Shown: in pieces, positions 47,581-57,067 of the stretch
Layout: the number at the start of each line of letters is the position of its first letter
How positions within the stretch are numbered: position 1 is the first letter of the stretch
Source of the DNA: a virus
Virus record (IMG/VR): IMGVR_UViG_3300028388_004019
Location: 1 to 64,000 of that record
Strand: one strand, 5' to 3'
Length of the DNA stretch: 64,000 bases
Made by a program: the position numbers and the translations under genes
Notes under the pieces: model-generated
What the model saw: only the letters and a program-made list of their open reading frames with translations
Database searches by the model: none
What the model was told of the DNA's origin: nothing

Positions 47581-48172
47581 TGCTATAATTAATCATATAT
47601 TTTACCTCACCCTTTTGAACCATCTTAACACCATATCTATGGGTAATCTGTCCTGGGAAGATGTACATATGTCCTTGTTTTGGCTTGATTGAGCATTTAT
47701 ACTTTTCAAAGTAAATTTCACCACCATTATCTTCGTTTTTATCAAACTTAATCAACTTGGTAATATTAACAAAATCATGGTGTAAACGTATGTCATCCCC
47801 TTCTTCCAAAGTGATTAACTCACTATCAACATCCATTTGCCTGAATCCTCTACCCGCAACACCCCAATAATGGTTCATCATCTCGAACCCATACTCTTCG
47901 ATAACATCATAATAGTCTTGATAAAAAGGGTGACCATTAAATGTATAGGTTTTAAGTCTTGACCCCCACTTATTACTAACCATAAGTTCTTCATCTTTGG
48001 TATTCTCCAAAAATTTATCACAAAACTCTTGTGTGAAAAAAGGAATTTCTAAAACATCTGTACAGGGATTGGTAATCATAAGGTCCCATTCCTTGGATAT
48101 TGCCTCTTTTCTCATACAGAGTTTTTTCCATCCATTTACATCCGAAAAATCAAAAATCTCAGGGTATTTCAT
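47561..48172 (-). CDS. Second PLOD-type lysyl hydroxylase domain, degenerate active site
   Basis: YPEIFDFSDVNGW, NPCTDVLEIPFFTQEFCD, LHHD, GGEIYF, FPGQITHRYG...GEVKY. The distal His is replaced by Tyr and the Arg by Lys. Confidence 0.82.
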   Translation of the reverse strand: MKYPEIFDFSDVNGWKKLCMRKEAISKEWDLMITNPCTDVLEIPFFTQEFCDKFLENTKDEELMVSNKWGSRLKTYTFNGHPFYQDYYDVIEEYGFEMMNHYWGVAGRGFRQMDVDSELITLEEGDDIRLHHDFVNITKLIKFDKNEDNGGEIYFEKYKCSIKPKQGHMYIFPGQITHRYGVKMVQKGEVKYMINYSNEDKGK

Positions 48173-48198
48173 AACAGATTAAAAATAATACATTCTTA

Positions 48199-49056
48199 TT
48201 ATTTATCAAGATATTCACTCATATCCATTTCCATAACTCTTTCAATCACAGACTTTGGAACTCTAAACTCTCTATAATCAGATTCTTTGGTAACCAACAC
48301 CACTATACATCCCATCAACTTAAGGTCTTCATATTTGGTTCCCTCTAACATCTTCATTAAAAGTTTACCGTAGAAAGGTAACTGTAAGTAATAGTGACCC
48401 AGCGAGTTATCAGGCAAATCTTGGAATGGTTCCTTCATTGGTGTGGTCCACTTATTTGTTTCAAAGTTTTTAGGTTTATTGGTCTTCCAATCCGTGATTA
48501 CCATACCGAAACCCGTCTTTTCTTTATTCATCACCAACCAAACCTTATCAGGTTGACCAGTGTAGCCTAAATCAGGATGTCCCAACACCATCTCCGTATC
48601 TAATAATACCGCATCTCTCTCTTCCATTAACCTGATAAACTTTTCACCAGCGTTAATCATTGAGTTAGACTTCATCTCTTGTTCCAAATCGACCTCAAAG
48701 ATTGGTTCACGAACATCTTTGTAGTCACCATTTTGTTCAATGATTTTCTTTTCCAAAATATAGTGAACACGTGACCCCATGTTGGTTGCATAGCTACCAG
48801 CAGCAGACCACTCGTCCAACAGACGTTGCATCTCCACTCGGTCTCCCTTCGCCTTCTTATAAGCAATTTCCTCAGCAGGAAACGGTTCATAAAACAACTT
48901 CAACAACTTTGATACTGACGGCCAGTCTTTACGAGTCTCACCTTTGTGGTCCCTCATAAAGTAGGTGTGGGTATCTTCAATAAAGCTGAGGTTTAATTCT
49001 TTTTTTCTCTCTTCTACTATTTCTCTGATTTCCTCAGCAATCTTCTTTAATTCCAT
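48199..49056 (-). CDS. PD-(D/E)XK nuclease (RecB/Cas4-like exonuclease fold)
   Basis: PSVSKLL, GSRVHYILE, TE, GQPD, ITDWKT and YYLQLPFY. Confidence 0.8.
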   Translation of the reverse strand: MELKKIAEEIREIVEERKKELNLSFIEDTHTYFMRDHKGETRKDWPSVSKLLKLFYEPFPAEEIAYKKAKGDRVEMQRLLDEWSAAGSYATNMGSRVHYILEKKIIEQNGDYKDVREPIFEVDLEQEMKSNSMINAGEKFIRLMEERDAVLLDTEMVLGHPDLGYTGQPDKVWLVMNKEKTGFGMVITDWKTNKPKNFETNKWTTPMKEPFQDLPDNSLGHYYLQLPFYGKLLMKMLEGTKYEDLKLMGCIVVLVTKESDYREFRVPKSVIERVMEMDMSEYLDK

Positions 49057-49059
49057 ATT

Positions 49060-49986
49060 CTATTTCTCTAATGTGACGTAAGCATCTTCAGGTATCTGAC
49101 CTCGTAAGTCACCCAAATCTTTATCATCAGGTAACCTTACAATATCTATTCGACCATATAACTTTCCACCACTTAATTTATAATATATTTTCTTCGCATC
49201 TTCCCATGCGTCACCATCCAAACAAATGATGATTCTTCCTTTTGCATTATCATATAAAGTCTCCCACAACATATCAGATAAAAACTTACCCAACAACGGA
49301 ATGGAATTCGGCACGAAGAATCCATCAAAGACCCCTTCAACCAAATAAATGTCCTCCTCCCAATTGATACGACTTTCATTAAAGATAAGCAATTCTTTTG
49401 GAGCAACAGGGTTTTTATACTTAAATTTTGAGTATTTATCCCAACTCCTTGAAACGAAGTAGTTTAACTCACCGTCTTTATCATAAGATGGGACGATAAT
49501 ACGACCCGAATACTCACCCTCTAACGCGAAACCAATGTCATACTTCTCAATCATCTCATCAGTAATACCACGTCTCTTAAGATAATTGTATGCTTGAGCT
49601 CGAGGGGGGTACCTTTCATTAATATCTTTGAACTGTCTATATTCTTTGGGGATTCTTAGTTTTTGATATTCCTTTTCTCTCTTCTCGAAATCATCAGGAC
49701 GAACTAAGTTATAAAACTCCTTATCTTTCTTATTACCATATTGGTCAATAAGACGACCCAAGTGACCGTGAGTACCATGAGTTTCAGCACATGCCCAACA
49801 TTTATAAACGTGTTGACCATAGTTGATTTCGAGGTTTCCCTTTCCATCACCATGGTCCAACCCTTTAATGTCGTGAGAACATACAGGGCAGTCAAAAGAT
49901 ATCTGTCCAGTGACCTCGTTGTGTTTACGAGGGTCACCGAAGATACCTTCAACTAAATCTAAAACTAATGATTCATCTCTCTCCAT
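49060..49986 (-). CDS. DNA primase (zinc finger plus TOPRIM)
   Basis: CPVC...CWAC, YLKRRGI, GRIIVP, YF.SR, KYKNP, VEGVFD and CLDGDA. Confidence 0.9.
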   Translation of the reverse strand: MERDESLVLDLVEGIFGDPRKHNEVTGQISFDCPVCSHDIKGLDHGDGKGNLEINYGQHVYKCWACAETHGTHGHLGRLIDQYGNKKDKEFYNLVRPDDFEKREKEYQKLRIPKEYRQFKDINERYPPRAQAYNYLKRRGITDEMIEKYDIGFALEGEYSGRIIVPSYDKDGELNYFVSRSWDKYSKFKYKNPVAPKELLIFNESRINWEEDIYLVEGVFDGFFVPNSIPLLGKFLSDMLWETLYDNAKGRIIICLDGDAWEDAKKIYYKLSGGKLYGRIDIVRLPDDKDLGDLRGQIPEDAYVTLEK

Positions 49987-49991
49987 CAGAC

Positions 49992-50023
49992 AAAAGATAA
50001 GAATTTATTGGAGAGTAGTCAAA
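49992..50023 (-). promoter_or_regulatory. Bacteroidota-type promoter upstream of the primase
   Basis: Minus strand TTTG-N20-TATCTTTT (one mismatch). Confidence 0.65.
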
Positions 50024-50638
50024 CTAAAAGTTATAACCTAAGTTCTCTATTGTTTTTTTAGACTTTTCGAAAACCAACTCGATAGACCTATCGTTGGTGT
50101 ACATATCCCTGTAATTGTCAGGCTTTACGTAATTAAAATAATTTTTCCTGCTGTTCGTTTTATTATGATGTACCAATTCAACATTCCCAAAACCATTAAT
50201 TTCACAGAGGTAATCCCAATCCTTCTCTCTTTCTTCAAGTCTTAACCACTTATCAACCATAAAGTTATCATCATTAAATGTCATAACATCCTGAGGGTCA
50301 TAATCATGGTCAAGATAAAACTCAAAATTATCATACATTTCTATAGAATTAGTTTTACGAGTTTTCGCAATACGTTTAGTATCTATAAAATGAAAATACC
50401 TACTCACCGCATGTGACCATGGATTTCTAACCGTAGACATCTTAAACCAATTTTCTTTAACTTCATTGAAAAGTTGTTCATTTTGGTTCTTCAACATAGT
50501 ATAAGTCACGTGGGAACCATATTTCGACAACCATCTTGAGCCGACAGGACTATGTTTACCTAAGCAATAGTATAGGGACTCTCCACCTGTTTTCGGCACG
50601 TGTTGAATCAATGATTTATATTTTTCATTAAAAAACAT
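50024..50638 (-). CDS. Sulfotransferase family 2 protein
   Basis: 5'-phosphosulfate-binding loop HVPKTGGES, 3'-phosphate motif VRNPWSHAVSRY, C-terminal LRLE...YRDMYT. Confidence 0.85.
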   Translation of the reverse strand: MFFNEKYKSLIQHVPKTGGESLYYCLGKHSPVGSRWLSKYGSHVTYTMLKNQNEQLFNEVKENWFKMSTVRNPWSHAVSRYFHFIDTKRIAKTRKTNSIEMYDNFEFYLDHDYDPQDVMTFNDDNFMVDKWLRLEEREKDWDYLCEINGFGNVELVHHNKTNSRKNYFNYVKPDNYRDMYTNDRSIELVFEKSKKTIENLGYNF

Positions 50639-50639
50639 A

Positions 50640-51239
50640 TCACCAAAGACCTTGTTGTCTCATATAACCCTGAACACAGGTATAAGCATCCGCTTGGTCG
50701 AAACATTCTTTCTTCAAAGTGTTGTTTCTTGTATACAACCAAACAATCTGTGGTTCAGCCTCTGAAACCTTTTCCCATACAAGTAATTTCTTATCAATAT
50801 CTTTTGGAAGACCACCGAAAAGAACTTTTTTACCCTTACCGTTATCTTGTACCAATTCAGGCCAAGCAAACTTTCTTGAATTATAGGTTGAAATGTAATT
50901 AGGGATAATTCCCAATATATCATAGATGGATTTGGTAATCATTGAGTTATATCTCAACAGTGTCCCCACCGTCCACACGTTATTGGAATTCAATAATGGT
51001 TCCTCAATAATAACTTTGGTAATACCAATTTCTTTATACTCTTGTAGTTTTTCCTCGAACGCATCAACCTTTGCCAACAACTCCTCAATCTTATCTTCGG
51101 GTTTTGGTTTGATAACAGGTGAAACGTGAGTTAATTCCAACAACTTTTGTGTTTGGATGTCAAAAAGTGACCATCCAATTGTTTTGGTAGAAATGTCTAA
51201 CCCCAATACTTTTGGAGTATTCTTCAAATTATTTCTCAT
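50640..51239 (-). CDS. RuvC-like Holliday junction resolvase
   Basis: LGLDIST, IIEEP and DQADA RNase H-fold acidic motifs. Confidence 0.8.
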   Translation of the reverse strand: MRNNLKNTPKVLGLDISTKTIGWSLFDIQTQKLLELTHVSPVIKPKPEDKIEELLAKVDAFEEKLQEYKEIGITKVIIEEPLLNSNNVWTVGTLLRYNSMITKSIYDILGIIPNYISTYNSRKFAWPELVQDNGKGKKVLFGGLPKDIDKKLLVWEKVSEAEPQIVWLYTRNNTLKKECFDQADAYTCVQGYMRQQGLW

Positions 51240-51244
51240 ATTTT

Positions 51245-53449
51245 TTAGAAATCGAACTTTATCGTGTACTGTTGTACCCCTACTCTCTTTTCAGGGGATT
51301 GTACCTTAGATATAATCATAAGGTCTTTGTCCGAATTATAAAGTCCAACTTCAGTAACGTAAGGAGCGTTACCCGTCCATGTAGGATTTGAACTATCCAA
51401 GAATTGTGTCTGACCTAAGTTGACTTGATAGTTCATTACATAAATTGTGGCTGCAATATCGGACTTCAATGTTCCGTAGAAGAAAAATTCATCACCGAAG
51501 TTAAGTTGGGAGTCTCCCGTCTGTGGAATATCAATATAGTTTTCTAAGACATATGAAGAACCTCCATCAAAATTTTCTTTGGTGATTTGAAATGTTTTGG
51601 ATGCCATATTAGATTCAGAGATGTATGAACCTGAAGTTATACCTGAAATTTGTGATGTCATATCTATTTCAATCCATTCATCAGCTTCTGGTCTTTCACC
51701 AGTCGTAGTCTTCTGAACCAACAATACCAATTTGTTTGCACTGAAACCTGATGGATTTCCTGATGGTGAATCATCTAAGAATGGGAACTCCGCACCAAAA
51801 CTCACTGTCACATTTTTACTCGTTCCGTCACCACAACCCGCATCTTCACCAGTGATAGTGGTATAATAGTTACAGTGTAATGAATCTGTAAACGCGTCAT
51901 TGTTGAATCTATAAGTTACCCATAAAGTTTCATTGGACCCAGTCAATACTCCTTGAAACCCTGTAGTCACAGAGTCAGAATTTATTGGTGATATATACCC
52001 CAACTTAGGTGCTGGCAAAGTCCAATTTCTGTTCGATTTGTAGTTCAAAGCCGCCACCAACTCTTCGTCGTCAATCACAACAATTTTTAAGTCAGGGAAT
52101 ACTTTTCCTACTCTATTCGGGTAACCATTGATATCTGAATTAGTATCCCATAAATGGTAATATCTAATACCTGGCTCGTTCATATTAGAATTTGGTGTCG
52201 ACTCAATATAGTGAGGGGTGAATAAAGACAACGTATCGTAACCCGCAGGGTCAGTATAGAACGTTTCACCCATAGTATTTCCTGTTGACTTATGCCACAT
52301 CAACCATGGAATATCCAAATTGAAATTACGTGCAGCACCTGTATCACTTGATAATGACTTCGAAGTGTCTCTATTTTTTTGTGATAACTTTTCACCATAA
52401 AAGTTATCGATAGCGTTATTTGTATAGTGAATTATTGCAATGGCTTTTTGGTCTGAAGGAGAGACCTCAACTTTCTCGCTGAATGAATTGTAGTAATATG
52501 TGGAATCAGTATCAGTCTGACCACTATCACTGTTATAACCCAAATATTCTTTTGTACCTACATAACCTTTGGAACCGAAGTTGTTAAAATCTAAATCATC
52601 AATCGTAAAACCTGCAGGTGATTCAGTCCAAGGTGTGTTCATATTCCAAATTTTCACATCTTCACCTGTTGAACAATTTGTTTCGAAATTCAACTCTTGA
52701 TTCTGAATGTAAGATAAAGGAGTATTGGAATCATACATTTCCGTCATACCTGAAGGAAAGAAATATACTCGACCATCACCATTTAAAGACATCGTTGAAA
52801 AGTCAGGAAGATTTCTGTCAACTTCGACCGTCACAGTACCTGAAGTACCAGTAGTCGAGCCAGTGATTCCTTCCACCCTATATAATAAAACAGGAAAACT
52901 ACCTGACCATGTGTTACAATTTGCAGTACCGTCCATCCAAATTGAGACATAGTCACCAACAGCAGTATCTGCCGAGAATGATGTACTACAGTTTGAATAA
53001 GTCGCTTCAAAAGTTTTACCTGAGTTCAAAGTAGATAAATCAACAACCCAATTCGACGATTTCACATAAGTCGATGATGATTGATGATAAAACGAACCAG
53101 TGGTACCTGTAAAGAATCCTCTTGGTGACGCACTATTAAAAATTTCATCTACTTCAGGCTTTGAGAAAGGAATACCAAAATATGATGTCTTATTGGAATC
53201 AACATACAAAGGATATTTGATATTCATTTGGTTTTTCTCAGGAATAGAAGTTTTATTCTGAGCATTGAAAGAAGGTGATAATACTTCTAAGGTTGATAAG
53301 TCTATATTATCTATACAATCATAACAAACTTCACTATCACCAACTTGGAAATAACTGATGTTGAAATCTCCTCGTGAGATAGCTCTACGACCTGCATCAG
53401 TAATCACTGAGTTAATCAAAGCTGAAGTATCTTTTATAATGTATCCCAT
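51245..53449 (-). CDS. Putative virion structural protein
   Basis: 734 aa, S/T/G/N-rich, starting MGYIIKDTSALINSVITDAGRRAIS and ending YVTEVGLYNSDKDLMIISK. TATTTATA upstream; at the edge of the structural block. Confidence 0.6.
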   Translation of the reverse strand: MGYIIKDTSALINSVITDAGRRAISRGDFNISYFQVGDSEVCYDCIDNIDLSTLEVLSPSFNAQNKTSIPEKNQMNIKYPLYVDSNKTSYFGIPFSKPEVDEIFNSASPRGFFTGTTGSFYHQSSSTYVKSSNWVVDLSTLNSGKTFEATYSNCSTSFSADTAVGDYVSIWMDGTANCNTWSGSFPVLLYRVEGITGSTTGTSGTVTVEVDRNLPDFSTMSLNGDGRVYFFPSGMTEMYDSNTPLSYIQNQELNFETNCSTGEDVKIWNMNTPWTESPAGFTIDDLDFNNFGSKGYVGTKEYLGYNSDSGQTDTDSTYYYNSFSEKVEVSPSDQKAIAIIHYTNNAIDNFYGEKLSQKNRDTSKSLSSDTGAARNFNLDIPWLMWHKSTGNTMGETFYTDPAGYDTLSLFTPHYIESTPNSNMNEPGIRYYHLWDTNSDINGYPNRVGKVFPDLKIVVIDDEELVAALNYKSNRNWTLPAPKLGYISPINSDSVTTGFQGVLTGSNETLWVTYRFNNDAFTDSLHCNYYTTITGEDAGCGDGTSKNVTVSFGAEFPFLDDSPSGNPSGFSANKLVLLVQKTTTGERPEADEWIEIDMTSQISGITSGSYISESNMASKTFQITKENFDGGSSYVLENYIDIPQTGDSQLNFGDEFFFYGTLKSDIAATIYVMNYQVNLGQTQFLDSSNPTWTGNAPYVTEVGLYNSDKDLMIISKVQSPEKRVGVQQYTIKFDF

Positions 53450-53477
53450 ATTCTTATAAATACCTTATCTAATTATT

Positions 53478-54872
53478 TTATGTACCTGACGGATAAGGAC
53501 TTGTTGAAATACTTTGATTAGTACCACCATTACCTGTCGCTGTACCACAATTGGTACCATTTATTGTCACATTCTGCACTCCGATACTGTAATAGTTATA
53601 ACCATATACAGGGCAGATATCACTCAGAGGATATGAATGTGATACTGTAAATGTATCAACACCACTAACAGAACCACCAGAAATCGTTACACTGACAGTT
53701 CTTGAGAATCCTGAGTATTTGTACCCTCCTGAAGATATTGGTGTTACAGTGTTACCTCCACAACTTCTGAAACCACCACTTACATTATTATACAATGTAC
53801 CAACAGTAAATGAAGCATTTCCTGAAGAAGTGACAGTAGAACCTGATGTAAACACAGCATTTTGAGAACCAAAATAATAATTTGTGAAATTATTATTGAT
53901 TTGTATATCAGCACTTATACTAACCCCACTCGGTAATGATGGAGTCACTGAGGCGGTCCAATTAACAGTCTTAGACTTGTTATATTGAGTGTTACTATTT
54001 GTACTTGTGGATGTTGTCAATTGAAGTGTATATGCCGTACTATTATTACCTGACCCTATACTAAAGTTTCTTGTAATAACATTCGGGTTTGCATCTTTGA
54101 TGTAAACCGTACCATTGCCCGCAGGTAAATTCAAGAATGTTGGAGAACTTTGGTAAGTAACTCCATCTAAAGAGTACACAATAGGTCCTACACCTCCCCA
54201 AGCCTGGACGGTGACTGTACCGTTATCAGCATTTACACATGTTTCGTCAGTCGTAGTAACAGTAGCGTTCAATCCTTGAGTTACACAAGTACCTGTTACC
54301 ATAGTCCAAGTGTTACTTGTACCCAATTCTGTCCATGTTCCAGTCGGAATGGTTATATTACTATTGAATACTAAATTAGCGCTTGTATAACCACTTAGTA
54401 CCCATCTTGTTCTTCCACTATCGTACACAACGTCATATGTTGTACCACTCCAAGATGGACGACCATTGATAACACCTTGGTAATCAAATTCATATTGAGT
54501 GTATGGTGATTGGTTTTTGGTCAAACACATATTCGATGGATATGTTGGTGCAGATGATGGTGTCGGTGTTGGTGTTGATGACGGAGTGATTGCTGGCGGT
54601 GGTCCTTCAACAACACAAGTTGCCGTTTGAATGAAATCACCATAATTGTCCGTGACCGTGGCAGTATATGTTCCCGGTACGATATTAGATAAAGTCGTTT
54701 CTCCAACATCACCTGTGGACCATTCAATACTATAAGGAGGAGTTCCACCAGTGATGAACAACTGCATAGAACCGTCATTACCAACTGCAGACGCATCGTT
54801 AGTCTCACAATCAACACCCAATGGGTAGACTGTAAAGATGTTGCAATTATTATTTGTTACTGTATCACTCAT
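53478..54872 (-). CDS. SprB-repeat/beta-rich putative virion surface protein
   Basis: NDGSMQLFITGGTPPYSIEWSTG...LSNIVPGTYTATVTD is a SprB repeat. A second unit is ADNGTVTVQAWGGVGPIVYSLDG...FLNLPAG; short TP linker. Confidence 0.75.
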   Translation of the reverse strand: MSDTVTNNNCNIFTVYPLGVDCETNDASAVGNDGSMQLFITGGTPPYSIEWSTGDVGETTLSNIVPGTYTATVTDNYGDFIQTATCVVEGPPPAITPSSTPTPTPSSAPTYPSNMCLTKNQSPYTQYEFDYQGVINGRPSWSGTTYDVVYDSGRTRWVLSGYTSANLVFNSNITIPTGTWTELGTSNTWTMVTGTCVTQGLNATVTTTDETCVNADNGTVTVQAWGGVGPIVYSLDGVTYQSSPTFLNLPAGNGTVYIKDANPNVITRNFSIGSGNNSTAYTLQLTTSTSTNSNTQYNKSKTVNWTASVTPSLPSGVSISADIQINNNFTNYYFGSQNAVFTSGSTVTSSGNASFTVGTLYNNVSGGFRSCGGNTVTPISSGGYKYSGFSRTVSVTISGGSVSGVDTFTVSHSYPLSDICPVYGYNYYSIGVQNVTINGTNCGTATGNGGTNQSISTSPYPSGT

Positions 54873-54873
54873 A

Positions 54874-57066
54874 TTAACAACCTGACCCAACTTGACATTC
54901 TAAAAATAGTACACCATTAGGTCCTACACTATAAATAGTAGAACCATCAGATATGAAAGTACCGTTTGCAACATATGTTGTCAAAGCACTATTATTATAT
55001 ACCACAACACCATTTGCAAGTGCATTTACAGAAGAATTAGTATAAACTACAGTCAATGGACCGAACAAAGTACATAGAGGACAATTAATACTTATAGACC
55101 TTTGCACATTCCATTGCGTAAACTGAGGAGCTAGAGTTGATTGTGTCAAACAGAATTCACCACTCCACGTATTATTTGTATTATCCGTGAAAAATTTAGA
55201 TGAGTTCACTTGAGTTGTTGCACTTGTACACTCGGCTTCAAAGTAATAGAAAGTTTTTCCGTTGGTTGTCGTAACAGTACTGTTTGTGGTTGCACTAAAG
55301 ACAAAACCTTGACCTGTCAACCATTGATTCTGTGGGTCTCGAGCCTCGAATGTTAGTACTTGGTTTGCAGATAGGGAAGGTACACCCCATGTAACTGTAT
55401 TATTCAAGTCATTTGCACACATTTTGACAGCATAAACATCACCAACGTTTATAGTACTATCAACAGTCGTTGAGTTCAGACTATTATTTGTAAATGACTT
55501 AGCAAAAGTGATATTACCGTTTACAGTAAATGAAGATGAACCTCCAGTGTTCTGATATTCAGTATATGACGCAATCACTGGACTATAGAAATTAAAATTC
55601 TCAATTTTTGTTTTGTAATCATTGAGATTTGTGACACCATTATTTAACCATGATGGATGAGTCGCAGGACCGGGACTAAACACAGTTAAACTACATGTGA
55701 TAGGTAAAGGTGTTGGCGTGGCAGCATTTAAATTACTATTACATATAGTACAATCATCAAACACTGTCGGACTTCCAAAAATATTAGTCGTGGAATTAGA
55801 GTAAATAAAACCTTGAGGCGGTACATACGGTTGATTGAATAAACCCACATATACATAACATACTCCTTGATATTGGAATGTTTTACCCACTGAAACATTT
55901 GGTACTGGTACATCTTGACTGATAATAATCGCAATTTCGGTTGTACATGCACTATAAACATGTGTCTGTGAAGGTACACCACCACTTGTAGACGGTGTGA
56001 TTGAAGCAGTGACACTTGGAGTTAAGGTAGGTGTCGGTGTTTGTGTCTGAGTATTTGTCGGCGTTTGGGTTGGCGTATGTGTCGGAGTAGGTGTCTGAGA
56101 TTGAGTAGGTGTTGGTGTTGGTGAAAGACAAACACAACCTGTGTCTGCATAAAAACTTCCACTTGAATCAGGTGTCAAAATTTGTACTCTGACCGCACAA
56201 ACATTGACGGCCGTATACTCATTTACAAATAAACTGTAGGTAATACCATCACAATCTTCAATCTCAAAATGTGTACCCCTTGTATAACCTCCATACAATT
56301 CAAAATTTGTACAACACGGTGTAGTAGAACTTGGTGTAGGTGTATGTGTTGGTGTGACCTCAGGTGTATCTGAAATTGTTGGCGTTGGTGTTTGACTAAC
56401 ACCTGGTGTATCCGATACAGAAACAGTTGGAGTATTAGTTGGTGTAACACTTGAAGTCATTGACTGAGTCAAAGTTGGCGTATTAGATGGTGTCACCGTA
56501 TTGGTTGGTGTATTAGATGCGGTAACAGATGGTGTGATACTTTGTGTAACTGTAGGAGTATGTGTTGGTGTGGGTGTCACAGTTTGTGTTCTCGTCAAAG
56601 TAGGTGTTGGTGAAGGTGTTTTAGTAGGTCTCGGTGTACCAGTCTGAGAAACACCAGGAGTTGGAGATAACGAAGCCGTAGGTGTGACATACGCAGTGAC
56701 AGAAGGTGTAGGAGTATTCGTCGGCGTTACTGAAGGAGTGGCCGTTTGACTTGGAGTTGGCGAAGGAGTAATCTGAATATCACTATTACAAATAGTACAT
56801 GTGGAGTGTGTATCATTGATACTATCAATATAAGAATCTGGAGAACCTGAAACATCACTATCATATCTCAAACATAATAATTGTTGTCCGTCAGCATTTG
56901 TGATATATGCGGAAAACACATCACCAATTTCTATAAGAGTTGAATTGTAAACTAACTCATCGGCCACATAAAATGTGTTATTAGTTGCACATTGTACAAG
57001 TTTTTTAACTGTATCACAATCTGTTGCCTCACGAAATATATTGAACCTTTTACTACCTGTTACCAT
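54874..57066 (-). CDS. Thr-Pro-Thr repeat protein with small Cys-containing domains
   Basis: Long TPT tract plus CTICN motifs and a CCTNFELY...EDCDG...NVCA module. Confidence 0.85.
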   Translation of the reverse strand: MVTGSKRFNIFREATDCDTVKKLVQCATNNTFYVADELVYNSTLIEIGDVFSAYITNADGQQLLCLRYDSDVSGSPDSYIDSINDTHSTCTICNSDIQITPSPTPSQTATPSVTPTNTPTPSVTAYVTPTASLSPTPGVSQTGTPRPTKTPSPTPTLTRTQTVTPTPTHTPTVTQSITPSVTASNTPTNTVTPSNTPTLTQSMTSSVTPTNTPTVSVSDTPGVSQTPTPTISDTPEVTPTHTPTPSSTTPCCTNFELYGGYTRGTHFEIEDCDGITYSLFVNEYTAVNVCAVRVQILTPDSSGSFYADTGCVCLSPTPTPTQSQTPTPTHTPTQTPTNTQTQTPTPTLTPSVTASITPSTSGGVPSQTHVYSACTTEIAIIISQDVPVPNVSVGKTFQYQGVCYVYVGLFNQPYVPPQGFIYSNSTTNIFGSPTVFDDCTICNSNLNAATPTPLPITCSLTVFSPGPATHPSWLNNGVTNLNDYKTKIENFNFYSPVIASYTEYQNTGGSSSFTVNGNITFAKSFTNNSLNSTTVDSTINVGDVYAVKMCANDLNNTVTWGVPSLSANQVLTFEARDPQNQWLTGQGFVFSATTNSTVTTTNGKTFYYFEAECTSATTQVNSSKFFTDNTNNTWSGEFCLTQSTLAPQFTQWNVQRSISINCPLCTLFGPLTVVYTNSSVNALANGVVVYNNSALTTYVANGTFISDGSTIYSVGPNGVLFLECQVGSGC

Positions 57067-57067
57067 C

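Noticed and set aside
48199-49056. Cas4 as part of a CRISPR system
   Set aside because: No Fe-S Cys cluster pattern, no other cas genes and no array. The position beside primase and sbcCD fits a replication/recombination nuclease.
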